Shown piece after piece: positions 12,291 to 25,554 of a stretch of 64,000 nt of DNA (within the stretch, counting starts at the first letter, position 1; the number at the start of each line of letters is the position of its first letter). The position numbers and the translations under genes are program-made. The stretch is from Eledone cirrhosa. Taxonomy: Eukaryota. The DNA lies in contig OZ024747.1 in NCBI GenBank assembly GCA_964016885.1, positions 82,584,001 to 82,648,000 on the forward strand. Direction: 5' to 3'. Under the pieces are notes generated by a model. That model saw only the letters and a list, made by a program, of their open reading frames with translations. It was not told the DNA's origin and did no database searches.

Positions 12291-13169
12291 ATATGTGTGT
12301 GTGTGAGAGAGAGAGAGAGAAACTATGCAACTGCGTAGGTGTGCACGAGTTTGCGCGTAAAAGAGATGATTTCCGGTGGGAGAGGGAGAAGACAGTTAAA
12401 GAAAATTCAACAGTAGCATCAGGAAAAGGGGAAAGATTGCTTGCTTAATGGAATTGGCAGACGATAACAGAAGAAATTGATGAAGGAAGGAAAGCAAAAT
12501 GGTTGACAATGAAAAATGAAAGAAGTTAGTTAATCTTTGACGAGGTTAGAGAAGAAAAACAAAAGAATTACAATTAGATATTCTTATTTGCCCAAAACAG
12601 GGAATGAAATATTAAAACAACGAACGGTTTATTTCATTTTCATTTTATTTTGCTATTTATATTTGTTTTTAGTTCAACAAACCTCATCTAGTCTGACGCA
12701 AATACAGCTACAGACCATATGAAAACAAAAACACGTACATATAATTCAAAATAAAATGAGCTAAGGGAAATAACTCAAATGAGTCAATTGTATGAATTTG
12801 GATGATTAAATTATAGGATGGGGTAATGAATGCCACACGAAAGAAGACTTCATAATTAATTGATATTTCTTTCTTAGTTTGAGAAAGAAAAGAAAACCAA
12901 ACGATGATTGTTAGCGACTGTTAAAGAAAGGGGAAGACAATTTCAGGAAGTAAAGAATTTTATTTTGTGAAAAAGTACGATCATTGTTTCCCTGCATTGG
13001 ACAACTGCAGACATATTAGATCTCATCATCATAAACCTTATCAATATAGAGCCCATCAACAGTTTCTCGGTTAATTAACAGACTTTAACACATAGAAAAA
13101 CCGTTACAAGTAATTTTTGGTCAGTATAATTTTTTTTTTAATAGAAAAAAAAAAAAGAACTAATAATAT

Positions 13170-13347
13170 GAGCCAGTGGTATGAATTTGCATAATTAAGT
13201 GAAAGAGCGATGTCCTGAATGCTGTGCGCAAAAGAATATGTAATTAATTGAAACTAAAAAAGAAATTTCAATTAATTAAGGATTTTTAGCCTACAGCATT
13301 CAGTACACCCCTCTTAACTCAATTATTCAAATTCAATCCATTGGTTC
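13170..13347. repeat. Old imperfect inverted repeat (~83-bp arms, ~12-nt loop)
   Basis: 13170-13253 vs 13266-13347, e.g. CTGAATGCTGT / ACAGCATTCAG and TAATTAATTGAAA / TTTCAATTAATTA. Confidence 0.7.
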
Positions 13348-14776
13348 GTTTAAGTTATTTCACTTATTTTATTTTTTATTCATGTGTTGAAGATAACAGA
13401 GAAAGTAGGAAGGAAGATTGGACTTTACGGTATTACATTTGGTATTTAAATGTTCTGATTTTAAATGTTGCCGGGCGCATTTTTTTACTTTCTCCATCTT
13501 CGAAGGCGATCATTAAATCGCAGCTGTGTTGTGTTTGGTGTCATTGCTTTGCTCAAGGTATAATGGAAGTCATTGAAGCAATGACCATCAAATCTTTTTT
13601 CCTTTTTTTTTTCAGAAATAGTCCATTCTAAAGATATTAATGTGCGTGATGTAATGATTAGGCTAGTCGGCTCACGATTGAAAGGCCTTGAGTTCTATTC
13701 CCAAATCGGACGGCATGTTGTGTCCGTGAGCAAAACACTTTATTTCCCGTTGTTCCAGTCCACTCACTTGAAGAAAATGTGTTGTAAAGACATTGACATC
13801 TCTTTCTCTAATCGATGCCGTGGAGAAGGGAGACTTACATGCATGATTGACTGCTGGTCTTCTACCAAAAGAACATACTGTTCTCCGGCTTGTGCCTCGG
13901 AGAGGCAAACCTATGGTCAGTCAGTCAGGAATACATAACCCATGCCAAGTCATGACCGAAGAGGGGCATTTCGTTCCTTTAAGGTGTTTAATTGAGGAAG
14001 ATTTGGCTGCTATTTTTGTCGGGTGGATGACTATGTTGGGGCCCCTTCATCAGCTTATTAGAAATATACTTCATATTCATTTATTTCTAGTTTCGTCTTA
14101 ACTTGAATATTGTTTTACTCTATAGCATTCAAACTCAAAACCAGAGCGTAGCATGTAAAACACTGGCTCAAACAAGCAAACACCGTCATTTGACACTTTC
14201 AAATTTTCTAAAATAGTTTCTCTGCCATAAAGCTCAGTAAATATCATGCATTGCAACGACCGGATGTTTGTATCACAAGTTGTTAAAATTATTCATCTCA
14301 CTAACAGGAAATTACACAAAGCTACTAAAATGTGCACCAATTTGGTGTTTAGCTAAACCGGTTTGTTTTATTTTAGTTATTTTCAAGCAAACGTTATTTC
14401 TCATTTTCATTTCGTCCTCTCCCCTCTGTTCTAATGATTGCCTCCATTCCTTTTCCTGTCTTCCATTTTATTCCTATAAAGAAGCCTGTTTTGTTGACTT
14501 TCCTAATCCTACCCCCACCCTGCAAGAAATGAAGTTGATGTTCGTGTTTAGCCAACTGCAACTTCCTCTAAATACGGTAAAATCGGCATTGAGGAAGTCG
14601 CTACATGGTCACATGACCAGCTAGAAATAATAGTGAAAAACTGTCTTAACTCTTAACATGAATTAGCAGAAAATATCTAACGTGAGCTTCTTAATTCAAA
14701 TGTTTATAGTATCTTTAATAGTGGACAGTCCAATACGAAAATGTGTAGTGTTACAATAAATATGTTAATAATTAAT

Positions 14777-14978
14777 GGCTTCTAATTTATGCTCAATGCG
14801 AACAATTTGGAGGAAAGGGAAAGTCAATTAAATTCCAGTGCATTACTGGTACTTTATTTCATCGACCCACATAAGGATGAAAGGCAAAGCTAACTTCGGC
14901 GGGATTTGAACTCAGAATGTCCAGAGCCATAACTATGCTGCAAGGCATGTTGTCCGATGCCCTACCGATTCTGCCAGT
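14777..14978 (-). mobile_element. SINE-A copy
   Basis: ACTGGTACTTTATTTCATCGACCC...GGATGAAAGGCAAAG...GGATTTGAACTCAG. Confidence 0.85.
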
Positions 14979-14979
14979 C

Positions 14980-16174
14980 CAAAGAACTAGAGAGACACAT
15001 ACAACACTTCATCCATCGTATGCAGTTCTCTGGTTACAATCAGAGAGATAAAATCAGAGTATATAGAGGAGCCAGAACCAAATGGGAAAAAATGGTAAAT
15101 AGTGATACAAATGGGACCTGCCCCTTGTATAGGAGCAAATTTTGGAATAGAATAGAAAGAACTAGGAATAAGGTTAATAGAATAAACTCATGGTATGATA
15201 GCAATAAATACCAGAGTGTAATGTTCATCAATACAACCCCTAGAGCTTACAAATATAGAAGGGCCTTAGATAAACTTAAACTAAATATTAAGATAGTAGA
15301 AAGACCAGGTACCACCATAAAAATACTTATTAGTAATACATACCCTTTTCAAAGACCTCCCTGTATAGATAAGAAATGCATAATCTGTAAATTAAGCCCC
15401 ATATTAACTGTAAAACTAGAAACATAGTATATAGCATAAGATGTACTGAAAGACAATGTAAATATAAGAATATAGTGTACATAGGTGAGACAGCTCGTAG
15501 TATAGGAGAACGATTAAATGAACACTGGCGAGAACTTCAAGATAGAAAAGAATCATCAGTACTCCACCAACATGCTAAAATAGAACATAAGGGCAAATTA
15601 GAGAACATAGAAATAAAAATATAATCTGCACACAGAAAAGACGCAATGTTTAGACAAATCACAGAGGCAATAAACATAAATGAACTCCAACGAAAATTAA
15701 ATAGAAAACATTACAACTTACAATTAAAGACAAAATGAAAACACACACACATAGCACAAACAACCAACCAGTAACATGTAAATAAACAAATAAATAAACA
15801 AATAAAAACACCCACAGACACCCAGATGTAACACATGTGCAAACTAAGCACACAACACACACAAAAACAAGATGGCGTAGGACAGATTAAAGGAGAGGCA
15901 CAAAACAAAGAAAAGAATCCCCAGTCACTGAAGAGGTCACAGAATGTGTGACGAAAGAACTTTGACAATATATGAACAACCGTCTGGTTGTGGAACTAAC
16001 CAACCAACCGGAAATTTATAAATTTTTAAATTTATAATTTAATTTATAATAAATTGGAGTGAAAGCAACTGGTGCGTGTTTCTTATTGGCAACATGACCC
16101 TCCCAAAGTATAACAATATCGGTTTCAACACACGTTTTCATATAAAGAATCTTGGTAAACAAATTCAGAAACGA
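14980..16174 (+). mobile_element. 5'-truncated Penelope-like retroelement (Naiad-like by motif recollection): post-RT linker, Cys finger, GIY-YIG endonuclease, 3' region with hammerhead, ending in (TA)n
   Basis: RMQFSGY..CPLYRSKFW..SVMFINTTP..CIDKKCIIC; after a frameshift at ~15400, CKTRNIVYSIRC..C..VYIGETARSIGERLNEH..HQHAKIEH..RQITEAINI..LNRK; one premature TAA. Confidence 0.9.
15924..15966 (+). ncRNA. Minimal hammerhead-like motif in the PLE 3' region
   Basis: GTCA-CTGAAGA-G-GTCACA gaatg TGTGAC-GAAA-GAAC-TT^TGAC; loop III not palindromic. Confidence 0.65.
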
Positions 16175-16370
16175 TATATATATATATATATATATATATA
16201 ATAAAACACCTATGTACACGACAGAAAACAACATAATTAGTCTTAGCAAATTGATTTTTGGCAAGCGTATTCAACAAATATATATAAAGTTACGAATTAT
16301 ATGGTGCTGCGACACGACTGTAAAACATGGATGAATGGTGGGTATCTAACGCACACATACAGACACAGAC

Positions 16371-16436
<66 letters not shown>

Positions 16437-16442
<6 letters not shown>

Positions 16443-16963
16443 TGAAACAAAATGAAAACGAAATTTCATTTCTCACTCTTAGTATGGCACTTACTTAAAT
16501 GTAAGTATGCATGTATACGTACATACATATATGTATACAGACGTACAGTAGCATGCACATATATATATATATATACATATATATATACATATGCATACAG
16601 GTACACATACATATATGCACGTATCAGTTTAGCAGCGCTAACGTCGCTTTGTTCGTTTGTAAACAAACTGAACAGCCTGAATTTATGCCATACGGTGTTA
16701 AGGCAACCACGTCACCTTTTTGTTCAACACTGACACAGGAACGATGTACTAGTTTCAAGCTTGTTAGCTATCATCAGCACCGTTTACCCATCTGCCAGAT
16801 AGTTGAACGTTCGAAAGTATATACTTTCCTTATGAAAATTAACGGCTGAGCAGCCTAATTTGCATATTGAGTGAGTTAAATCGGTCAGGCATACCGAAAA
16901 CGATAAATTGAAACAAAATGAAAACGAAATTTCATTTCTCACTCTTAGTATGGCACTTACTTA
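16437..16963 (-). mobile_element. Non-coding retrozyme-like element: 466-bp monomer plus 61-bp terminal direct repeat, set in (TA)n
   Basis: Identical 61-bp repeats at 16437-16497 and 16903-16963; internal hammerhead at 16740-16784; no credible ORF. Confidence 0.7.
16740..16784 (-). ncRNA. Canonical minimal type-I hammerhead ribozyme
   Basis: Minus strand: AACGGTG-CTGATGA-TAGC taacaa GCTT-GAAA-CTAG-TA^CATCGTT; 7-bp stem I, palindromic CTAG loop III. Confidence 0.88.
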
Positions 16964-16970
16964 TATATAA

Positions 16971-17335
16971 TACATTATAAAGAGAGAAGAAACATAGATA
17001 TAATTAATAAGATATACCATACCCAAAAATTCCTTCTTTACTCCTCGACTACGTAGTTTCGTGGCATATTATGCAAAAACACTACATCACAGAGATATAG
17101 AATTTTTGTGAGGTCTGCCGACTTATCAAGGGGATACCTCATTGAGAGTTTCAAAACACGTCCGTAGGACGCGAGATCACGTCCTACGGCAGACCTCACA
17201 AAAATTCTATATCTCTGTGATGTAGTGTTTTTGCATAATATGCCACGAAACTACGTAGTCGAGGAGTAAAGAAGGAATTTGGGTATGGTATATCTTATTA
17301 ATTATATCTAATGTCTCTTCTCTCTTTATAATGTA
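16971..17335. mobile_element. Inverted-repeat insert (150-bp arms, 66-bp spacer) with a hammerhead 3' half
   Basis: Arms 16971-17120 / 17187-17335; GAAAC-TACGTA-GTC^GAG at 17247-17263; extra hairpin CCGTAGGACG/CGTCCTACGG at 17162-17189. Confidence 0.65.
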
Positions 17336-17862
17336 CTAGCAGTAAAGCCCGGCGTTGCTCGGGGTCGCTCAGTAGCTGTGTTAAAGTTACAATGTTAAGT
17401 TTCTTTTTTGGCTTAAAAACTGTAGTGTCTACTGTGCAGACTTGCATGTGGTGTTTTTGATTAATATTCCCTCAACCAACAATATGCCTTATGAAGTTAA
17501 GAAAACATAACGATAACCCGAATGTTATAACAAAAGAGGATGCTGGGGATAAAAACTGCACTGGTTATTTATTAACAAAGATCGAAAATGTAAACACTGC
17601 AACGCAGAGAAAAACAACGTAAGACGCTCAATGTAAACAGAACAAAGGGAAATAACTCGTCACTTACGCTCAAAAATCGATACATTAGATTCAATTTCGT
17701 CACATAGGGTGGGTCAATTTGAAATTTTTTTTTTCCGATGTCTTCGCTAGGGTTCAATGTACAAGTATAGCAATTTCGGTGCAATTCCGTCAGAGATTCT
17801 AAGAGGAGATGTGTGCCAAAAATCGATAGACAGACAGACAACCACAGCTTTATATATATAGA
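17336..17862 (-). mobile_element. Non-autonomous Helitron (527 bp)
   Basis: Minus strand starts A|TCTATATATATAAAGC followed by GTCT repeats and ends CCCG-AGCAACGC-CGGG hairpin then CTAG|T; canonical TC...CTRR ends at an A|T site. Confidence 0.85.
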
Positions 17863-18014
17863 TTATATAGCTCTGATACTGAATCAATCTAATCCATTCG
17901 GATTATTTTGTCCCAGTTATTCATAGAGCAACATCGGTTGAGGTTGGCACCACTAATTCAAGGATATATGTGGATATATTCATGTATATGTATGTGTCCG
18001 CATGTATCTGCTGT

Positions 18015-18147
<133 letters not shown>

Positions 18148-18478
18148 ATCGAGGTTTATTGTATATAAATGTGTGATATATGTTTATATATGTTTTCATG
18201 TATATATATATATAAGGTCGCAAAAATGAGTTCCCAATACCATAGTAGAGATTAATACATTCTTTATTGAAGTTAATCTTGAGGCTTGTTGTTGTGGAGG
18301 TCCTCGTGTGTACTCACAGTATCGTTAGTACACAGACATTCCAGCCATCTACTGTTAAGTATGCTTCGCATTTGCATTTTATGTATGAATAGAACTAAAT
18401 TATATACCGTCTTTCACACTAGATCGAGCAATGTTTACCTTCATTATTCACACCCACAGATATATTTTGCTACATACT

Positions 18479-18542
<64 letters not shown>

Positions 18543-18589
18543 AGTGTGTGTGTGTTCGCACGCACACGCACACACACAGACGCATACTG

Positions 18590-19310
18590 AACGGTATAAC
18601 CATCAAGAGTCTTTGGAGTCACCGTCATCAAGCTGTTCTGGCCACTGACCTTGACTATGCAGATGGCATCATTTCGGGACTGCCTGCTAAGGGGTGGGTT
18701 TTTTTTCTCAATACTTCAAAAATTGTAATTCATGCATTTGAATCCATCAACTTTCATTCCACTACATGCTTCTGACGGTTGACATATCGAACTGGTTCAA
18801 TAATTTAAATAGCTGTGTCGGTACACTGACACTGGGCATGACATGGTCAGAATTAGTCAACACGAAATGCAATAAATTCACTACAAAAAGGTCTGGAAAG
18901 CTCCCAACTGGAAAGCTCCCATCTGGAAAGCTCCTATCACAAGATCTACGAAGTGTAAAGTCTTCAAAACTACGGTCGAAATCATCTTGGACTCTTGCTC
19001 AAGGAGACTTGATAGTTCTTAAACCAAGATGTTGCGTGCGGTGTGCAGCATTCCGTGAATAAGTCCTACTACCAACAAAGTGTTTAAGGGTGATCTGTCA
19101 CGAGTTTCATCGAAAGTTCAATCCCGTCGCTTGACTCTTACTGGTTATCTTTCACCATGATGAATCTACAGGGATATTGCTCCTCTGGTCACCAAATGCA
19201 AAGCGCTGAGTGGGACGTTCAAACAAAACCATGAGGACTCTTTGCGAGGGACTCTGACTACACTGGACGGATCTTCTTGCTGGGAAGAGAGATCGAGTAG
19301 TCTGAAACAG
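18590..19310 (+). pseudogene. Decayed RTE-clade LINE RT and C-terminal fragment
   Basis: GITIK...HQAVLATDLDYADGI (YADD region), later LLWSP and DRVVW-like remnants; many frameshifts. Confidence 0.65.
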
Positions 19311-19938
19311 GAACTTTGTACATGCTTCACCTCCGATAGAGGAATGACCCAATGGATGGTGGGGGTGCATGGTTCAGTATTAGTAGTTCTCTTGTTTCAA
19401 AAAGAAGCAACGTCTTAGTGATACCTTACATAAGTAAACACTGTCATTCCTGTTAAGGTTAATTTTAGATGTAACTTATTTCTTTTGCAATTCACGAGAA
19501 ATAGAAATATATTTGGTTATTGCTGTCATGGTTATACTGTCAGGAAAAGCACCATACCTGTGTGAATTTCATGATATATGATGACAAAGAGATATAATCA
19601 ATCAAATGAGAAACAATATCGACCATATTTATTCATCAATAACCGCCAACTCCTTGGTGAATTATCCTTAAACAATCTGATCTAAATTAAAATATCACTT
19701 TGTGGAACATAGAGCATCTCTACATCTAAAAATTGATTATTGGGACTAAGGGGGATTTACTTCTGACAATAATCTCGTGAACAGTACACTGGAGACAAAT
19801 GGATGTGCACTGTATCGAGCATATCTAAACATTTCATGTGTACTTTGTGGCAAACCAGACATAAAGTATACAAAATTGAATAGAATAATATCCTTGCTGT
19901 TGGCACTATAACTTATTCACAAATACTCGATCAAATAA

Positions 19939-20016
<78 letters not shown>

Positions 20017-20488
20017 TGTATGTATATCGTTAGAATTGACTGCTATTTCATTACTTCAAGCTTGATTCAGGGGCAGCAGTCACCAGACTATGTGGTAAGT
20101 AAGGACATTATGAAAGGGAAATTTGTTTCTTCATCGACATGTCATCTGATGAAGTGATGACGTATAAAACATTTAGAGTAACGGAACAGTTATCAACTCT
20201 AATAAAAGAAAATGCAGTAATTTATTTATTCACTTTAGTACACATATTTGTAAATAGCATTATTCAGAATTATCACCATCAGAAGAAGAAGAACGGAAGG
20301 GAAGGGAACTACAGTTAGATAAGGTACTCAATAGATTAGTGGAGAAGGTACATGTTTATTTCATATAGGGCCCAGAACTATTGCATTCGTTTGGAATCAT
20401 CAGGAAAGTCTTGCGTATTTCGAACACATAAAACAGTTTTAGCGCTGTAGAAGTAATTTCTATACGAAATTGTGTGCGCGCGCGCGGG

Positions 20489-20802
20489 TGTGTGTGTGTA
20501 CATACAGACGTGTGTATGTGTGTGTGTGTATATATATGCAGACGTGTGTGTGTGTACATACAGACGTGTGTATGTGTGTGTGTATATATGCAGACGTGTG
20601 TGTGTGTACATACAGATGTGTGAGTGTGTATATACATACAGACGTGTGTGTGTGTTTACATACAAACGTGTGTGTGTGTATATACATGCAGACGTGTGCG
20701 TGTGTATGTACATACAGACGTGTGTGTGTACATACAGGCGTGTGTGTATGTGTATACATACAGGCGTATGTGTATGTGTATGTGTTTACATACAGACGTG
20801 TG
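20489..20802. repeat. Minisatellite, ~20-30-bp units TACATACAGACGTGTGTGTGTG
   Basis: CAGACGTGTG-type motif recurs about 12 times. Confidence 0.9.
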
Positions 20803-22187
20803 TTTTTTGCGCTTTAGTTGACTGGACTCCCAACATCAATAGCAGTGATATGTGAATATGTATTGAGTTTCTATCAGTCTAGTTCAAACAAGCATTTCTT
20901 ATTTAGGCGCCCAGTATAGCGACTATAATAGATGACCATGGGAACTAGGTCAATCTACAATTTTAATGGAAGGAATAAAAACATAAAAGCAAGGAACAAC
21001 GAAACATTATTTATATTTTTATCGATCGATATCTGAAAGCCGAGTGAGATCACAAACACTGGAAGAAGTATGTCAACCGATAAGTTTAAAATGTTGTTTG
21101 CTATCGTCCATTGCTTGCTCACAATCTTACTCATTCTCTGATGATCAATAAATATAAAATGGACAATTCAAATTCGGACATAAACTGAAGCGTTTGCTCA
21201 ATGAAGAAAATGCTCACCAGGATAATATAAACTTCTGCATAAATTTAGCCAGCTGAAAGTTAAATATTGATTTCATAAGTCTAGAATGCAAGGCCAGCCT
21301 TTTGTCGGGAAATGATTGAAACGTTTGAATCAATTCCAGCATAATACTGGTATGTGTACAAAATTAAGTATTGATTACCCCCTTTTTGTTCTTTCTGTAT
21401 GTTTACAAGGTTCAAGGCAAAAAAAAAAGCAACAGCAACAACGACAACAACAGATGCTTTGATACCATAATGCACTCTCCATCATCAATAGCTATGTAGA
21501 TGAAAGTTAAATATTGGTATTTTTATAAGATATTTTGTAAGTAGTAGTCGTCTGGGCCCCTTCCAATAAATTAATGATAATTATGTTATCGACATCCACA
21601 GGTTTCAAAGAAGAACTACGCACAAAGGAATTAGATACTATAAAAGAAAATGATATAGTACGATTGCATCTACAATAGCTTTATTACACTTCTGAAAAGT
21701 TAACTATTTCGGAACAACTTATAGCAAGATAATACATTCCTGAAAGCTAAAATGATTTTTGAATACATTGACTTTCTCTGGGGGATTGTAATGTTTACTG
21801 AGTCATATTTATTCCTACTGGACATTTTTGTAAGTTAGAAAGGGGAGACTATCTGGCGAGTTCAATGTCTACAGAAAAACACATGGCTGAGGAAGGGGGA
21901 ACTGAAGTTTGGCTCCGTATACGGGCTACATAATAAAGTTTACTAAATGCACCGAAGAAATAGGTCGCCGTATTTAAATGTTTATTATATTAAGCATGGT
22001 ATTATTACATATACTATTTTGAATCAATTGTATATTAGTTCAATATAGGCAGTCTTTACAATGTTCAAACAGCCCCACCCGATTTCCGGTGTTTTTCTAG
22101 TTAGACATTTGTTTTATTGTTTATATTATCACATGTTGGTTCGTTATTCTTATCCGTTTGTTCGTCATTATTCATCAAACATCTATT

Positions 22188-22374
22188 GGCGGGCGATTGG
22201 CAGTATCGGTAGAGAGTCGGGCGCCATGCTTTGCAGGACAGAGTTACGTCCCTTTACAGACTGAGTTCAAATCCCGCCGAGGTGAACTTTGCCTTTCATC
22301 GTTACGTGGTCGATAAAATAAAGTACCAGTAATGTACTGGATAATTCCTGGCCTTGTACCAAAAGTAGAAACAG
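22188..22374 (+). mobile_element. SINE-A full copy with TSD
   Basis: Box A TGGCAGTATCGG, box B GAGTTCAAATCCC; flanking direct repeat TTATTCATCAAACATC at 22168-22183 and 22375-22390. Confidence 0.9.
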
Positions 22375-23086
22375 TTATTCATCAAACATCATTATATATT
22401 TGTTCCTCTTGGTCACACTTATACATTTCTCCATTTTACACTTACTTGCACTTATTATAAATCATTTACACTTTTCCCAAATATTTTTTACTGCATCTTC
22501 TTTTCGTCCATGCATCATATTTCAATTTATTCTTTCATAACATCTTCATACTTCTTCATCAAACCTTTTCCAATCCCATTTTCTACTTTTATATATTTCT
22601 TTAATTCAATGAATTTCTTATTTAGATTCAATCATTATAAACCACTTACAAACACATTACGTTGCCTCCCTCTCCAGGGAAATTGAGAGAAATGAAATGA
22701 AGGATTATATTTGAATTTAAGAAACATTAAAAATTACGTCTTCATGAATCCATCCTTCCATGTATGGTTCATTTATGTAGAAGACGCCCTTTCTAAAGAT
22801 TGCATATTCATTGATACATAACTACACACGTATGAACTTACACATTTACTTAACTATACGAACAGTGAACACTATTAATATCATACAATATCTATTATGT
22901 GTACATTGAGTACAAAGCTTTCTACGGTTGACTTCACATTTCATGTTTATATGTTTGTAGAAAGAAACATTACGCTCTTTAGCGATCATTACCTTCATTC
23001 TCACCTGGTTGTTGGTGTTTCCAAATAGATAAAAAGAAATACAAGTCAAATATTGGAAGATAATATAATCCTTTCGGTGTCAATAT

Positions 23087-23263
23087 ATTGTTTCTACTTT
23101 TGGCACAAGGCCAGCAATTACCCAGTACATTACTCGTACTTTATTTTATCGACCCCGTAAGGATGAAAGGCAAAGTTAACCTCGGCGGGATTTGAACTCA
23201 GACTGCAAAGGGACGTGGCTATGCTAGAAAGCATGGCGTCCAACCCTCTACCGATACTGCCAA
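23087..23263 (-). mobile_element. SINE-A copy
   Basis: Reverse complement of the consensus, near full length. Confidence 0.9.
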
Positions 23264-23563
23264 ATAACATCTTAAAGTACCGACTTTTTGTATGATGGAT
23301 TCATATCCCGCTATGCTTTACATGGATGGCAATCTAAACCCGTCTCTTGATTTAAGACTACCAGCTGGCTTCTTGATGATTTTAGTAAAATCCATTTGCT
23401 CCAAGCATTCGAACAATTTAACCTTTCTGAGAATATTTTAATCTCTCCTACCCAGCAACCTGTACAACTAAACTGTAAAAAAATAATCGACAATAACCTC
23501 TTCCAAAATGTTCTACTTTGAGCGTATATAAGGAATCATTTTTATTATTGATATTAACAGTAG

Positions 23564-23778
23564 GGCGGTGGATTGGCAGTATCGGTAGAGTGGCGGAAAA
23601 TATGCTTTATGGCATAGGGTTACGCCCCTTTACGATCTGAGTTCAAGTCCCACCAAGGTTAGCTTAGCCTTTCATCCTTACGGGGTCGATAAAATAAAGC
23701 ACCATTAATGCACTGGGGTCGATTTAATCGACTTTCCCTTCCCTCCAAATTGCTGGCCTTGTGCCTATATAAGAAACC
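23564..23778 (+). mobile_element. SINE-A full copy (long 3' variant) with TSD
   Basis: GGCGGTGGATTGGCAGTATCGG head; ATTATTGATATTAACAGT on both sides. Confidence 0.9.
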
Positions 23779-23999
23779 ATTATTGATATTAACAGTGGAA
23801 GGATTGAAATGGCTGAGTGCTAGGCTAAATACCTTGCGGCTGTTACATCCCATTATGTTTATGATTTCAAATTATTCCTAGGCTGGCTTTACCTTTCGTT
23901 CCTCGGTAAAATAAGTACGAACAGTTTAATAAGGTTGTCTCTCTACAGACACCCTTGGGCCAAATGTGTTGTCCGATAACAATGTTAGTTGTGATTATA

Positions 24000-24422
24000 G
24001 ATTGGCATTATCGGTAGGACCTCGGAAAACATGCTTTGCAGCATAGCGTTACGGCCCTTTACGTTCTGAGTTCAAATCTCGCCGAAATTAGCTTTTCCTT
24101 TCATCCTTACGGGGTCGATAAAATAAAGAACCAGTAATGCACTGGGTTCGATTTAATCGACTTTCTCCTCTTCCAAAATCGTTGTGCCTAAATCAGAAAC
24201 CATTATGATTCTTAAGGTTTGACAGTTGTTAGAGAACGGACGAATGTTTAGCACTATTTGTTCCCACTCTTGATGTCCTGGGTTCAAATTTCAACGAGAT
24301 CTCAACTTTGCCTTCCATTCATCGGGGGTCGATAAAAATACCAGTCATGTACTGGGGTTGACGTAGTCGACTTTCCTTATCGCACAAATTTTTGGCTTTG
24401 TGCCTGAAACAGGAATCATTAT
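24000..24422 (+). mobile_element. Two tandem SINE-A copies (24000-24205; diverged 24215-24422)
   Basis: Box B plus core in each. Confidence 0.8.
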
Positions 24423-24776
24423 TACTTAGTTATGTTCGTTTACTGGTTTCAGTCATTAGACTACGGCCATATCGACGCCAGAACATAATTTGTATCGGAT
24501 CACTAAGTTTCGGGATATAAATAGAGACACAGTCAAACTGATTTAGAAGACAATACACCTCAAGTATAAACTTTGCCCTTGTGACAAATACAAACTGAAT
24601 CAATATGCTGGGATTAATATAAGAGTTACATAACCAACCAGTGATCAACTCATTACGTCATCAACCCATTACGTCATCTCATTATGTATTCATTATATTC
24701 ATTTTGTTTTTATACTAACTTAAAAATAAGTTTAAATCTCTCTTTCACTCACTCTTTCTCTCATTCACACACACAA

Positions 24777-24848
<72 letters not shown>

Positions 24849-25554
24849 TATGTGTCTATATACATATAGATGTGTGTGCATGCATATGTATGTACATATA
24901 CACACATATGTGCGTGTGTATGTGCGCATGTGTATTTTCGTTGTGCACTTGCTTGTTCATGTGTTTAATATTTGTATGTATTCATAATTGCATGCATGAG
25001 TACTTTCCATTCACATTACTATTGATGTGTTCTATTAATGAGATTTCCAGTATACATATCACCTTTGTCTAATTATTGTCTCGAGAACTACTCCGAAGCT
25101 TAATGGTGACAAATCTGTTCACGAGGAAGGTGTTTTTCACAGTTGAAAGGGATTAAAAATTAACTGCTCATTGCCCGAAAAACTGCGTATATGAAGAATT
25201 ACGTGCATAGAAAATGACAAACTTTCAAAGCCTATCACATTATCCGCTCTCATTTTTGTACTGTGAAAATCAAAAGAAGAATTATTTTTTAAATAAGTTT
25301 TAATGCGTTTTAAATATTTTTAGATCAGCATCGTCATGGTTCTTTGTTTAAAAAAGTTCGTGTTAATAAAACAATGAGGGTTCCAGTTTAATTTCACTGA
25401 GGGAAATTGTTTCAAATGTTTAACGTAATAAATCAAATGTTACGCTTTAAACAACCTTAACTCTCGCAAAAAATCGTATGCATAATCAAATTCTTTAGCA
25501 TAATAAAATGTAAGTATGAGGATCTAAATTATGAAAATAATAATTTATTTATTT

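Noticed and set aside
15343-15725. Selenocysteine (in-frame TGA at Cys positions), reported for some Naiad PLEs
   Set aside because: All finger and endonuclease cysteines visible here are TGT/TGC; the only stop is a TAA that is GAA in the 48438 copy
18213-18430. Mariner-like terminus TATAAGGTCGCAAAAATGAGTTCCC
   Set aside because: No matching second TIR or transposase found
22188-22280. tRNA genes suggested by box A/B motifs
   Set aside because: They are SINE heads followed by core and tail, with TSDs; no full cloverleaf
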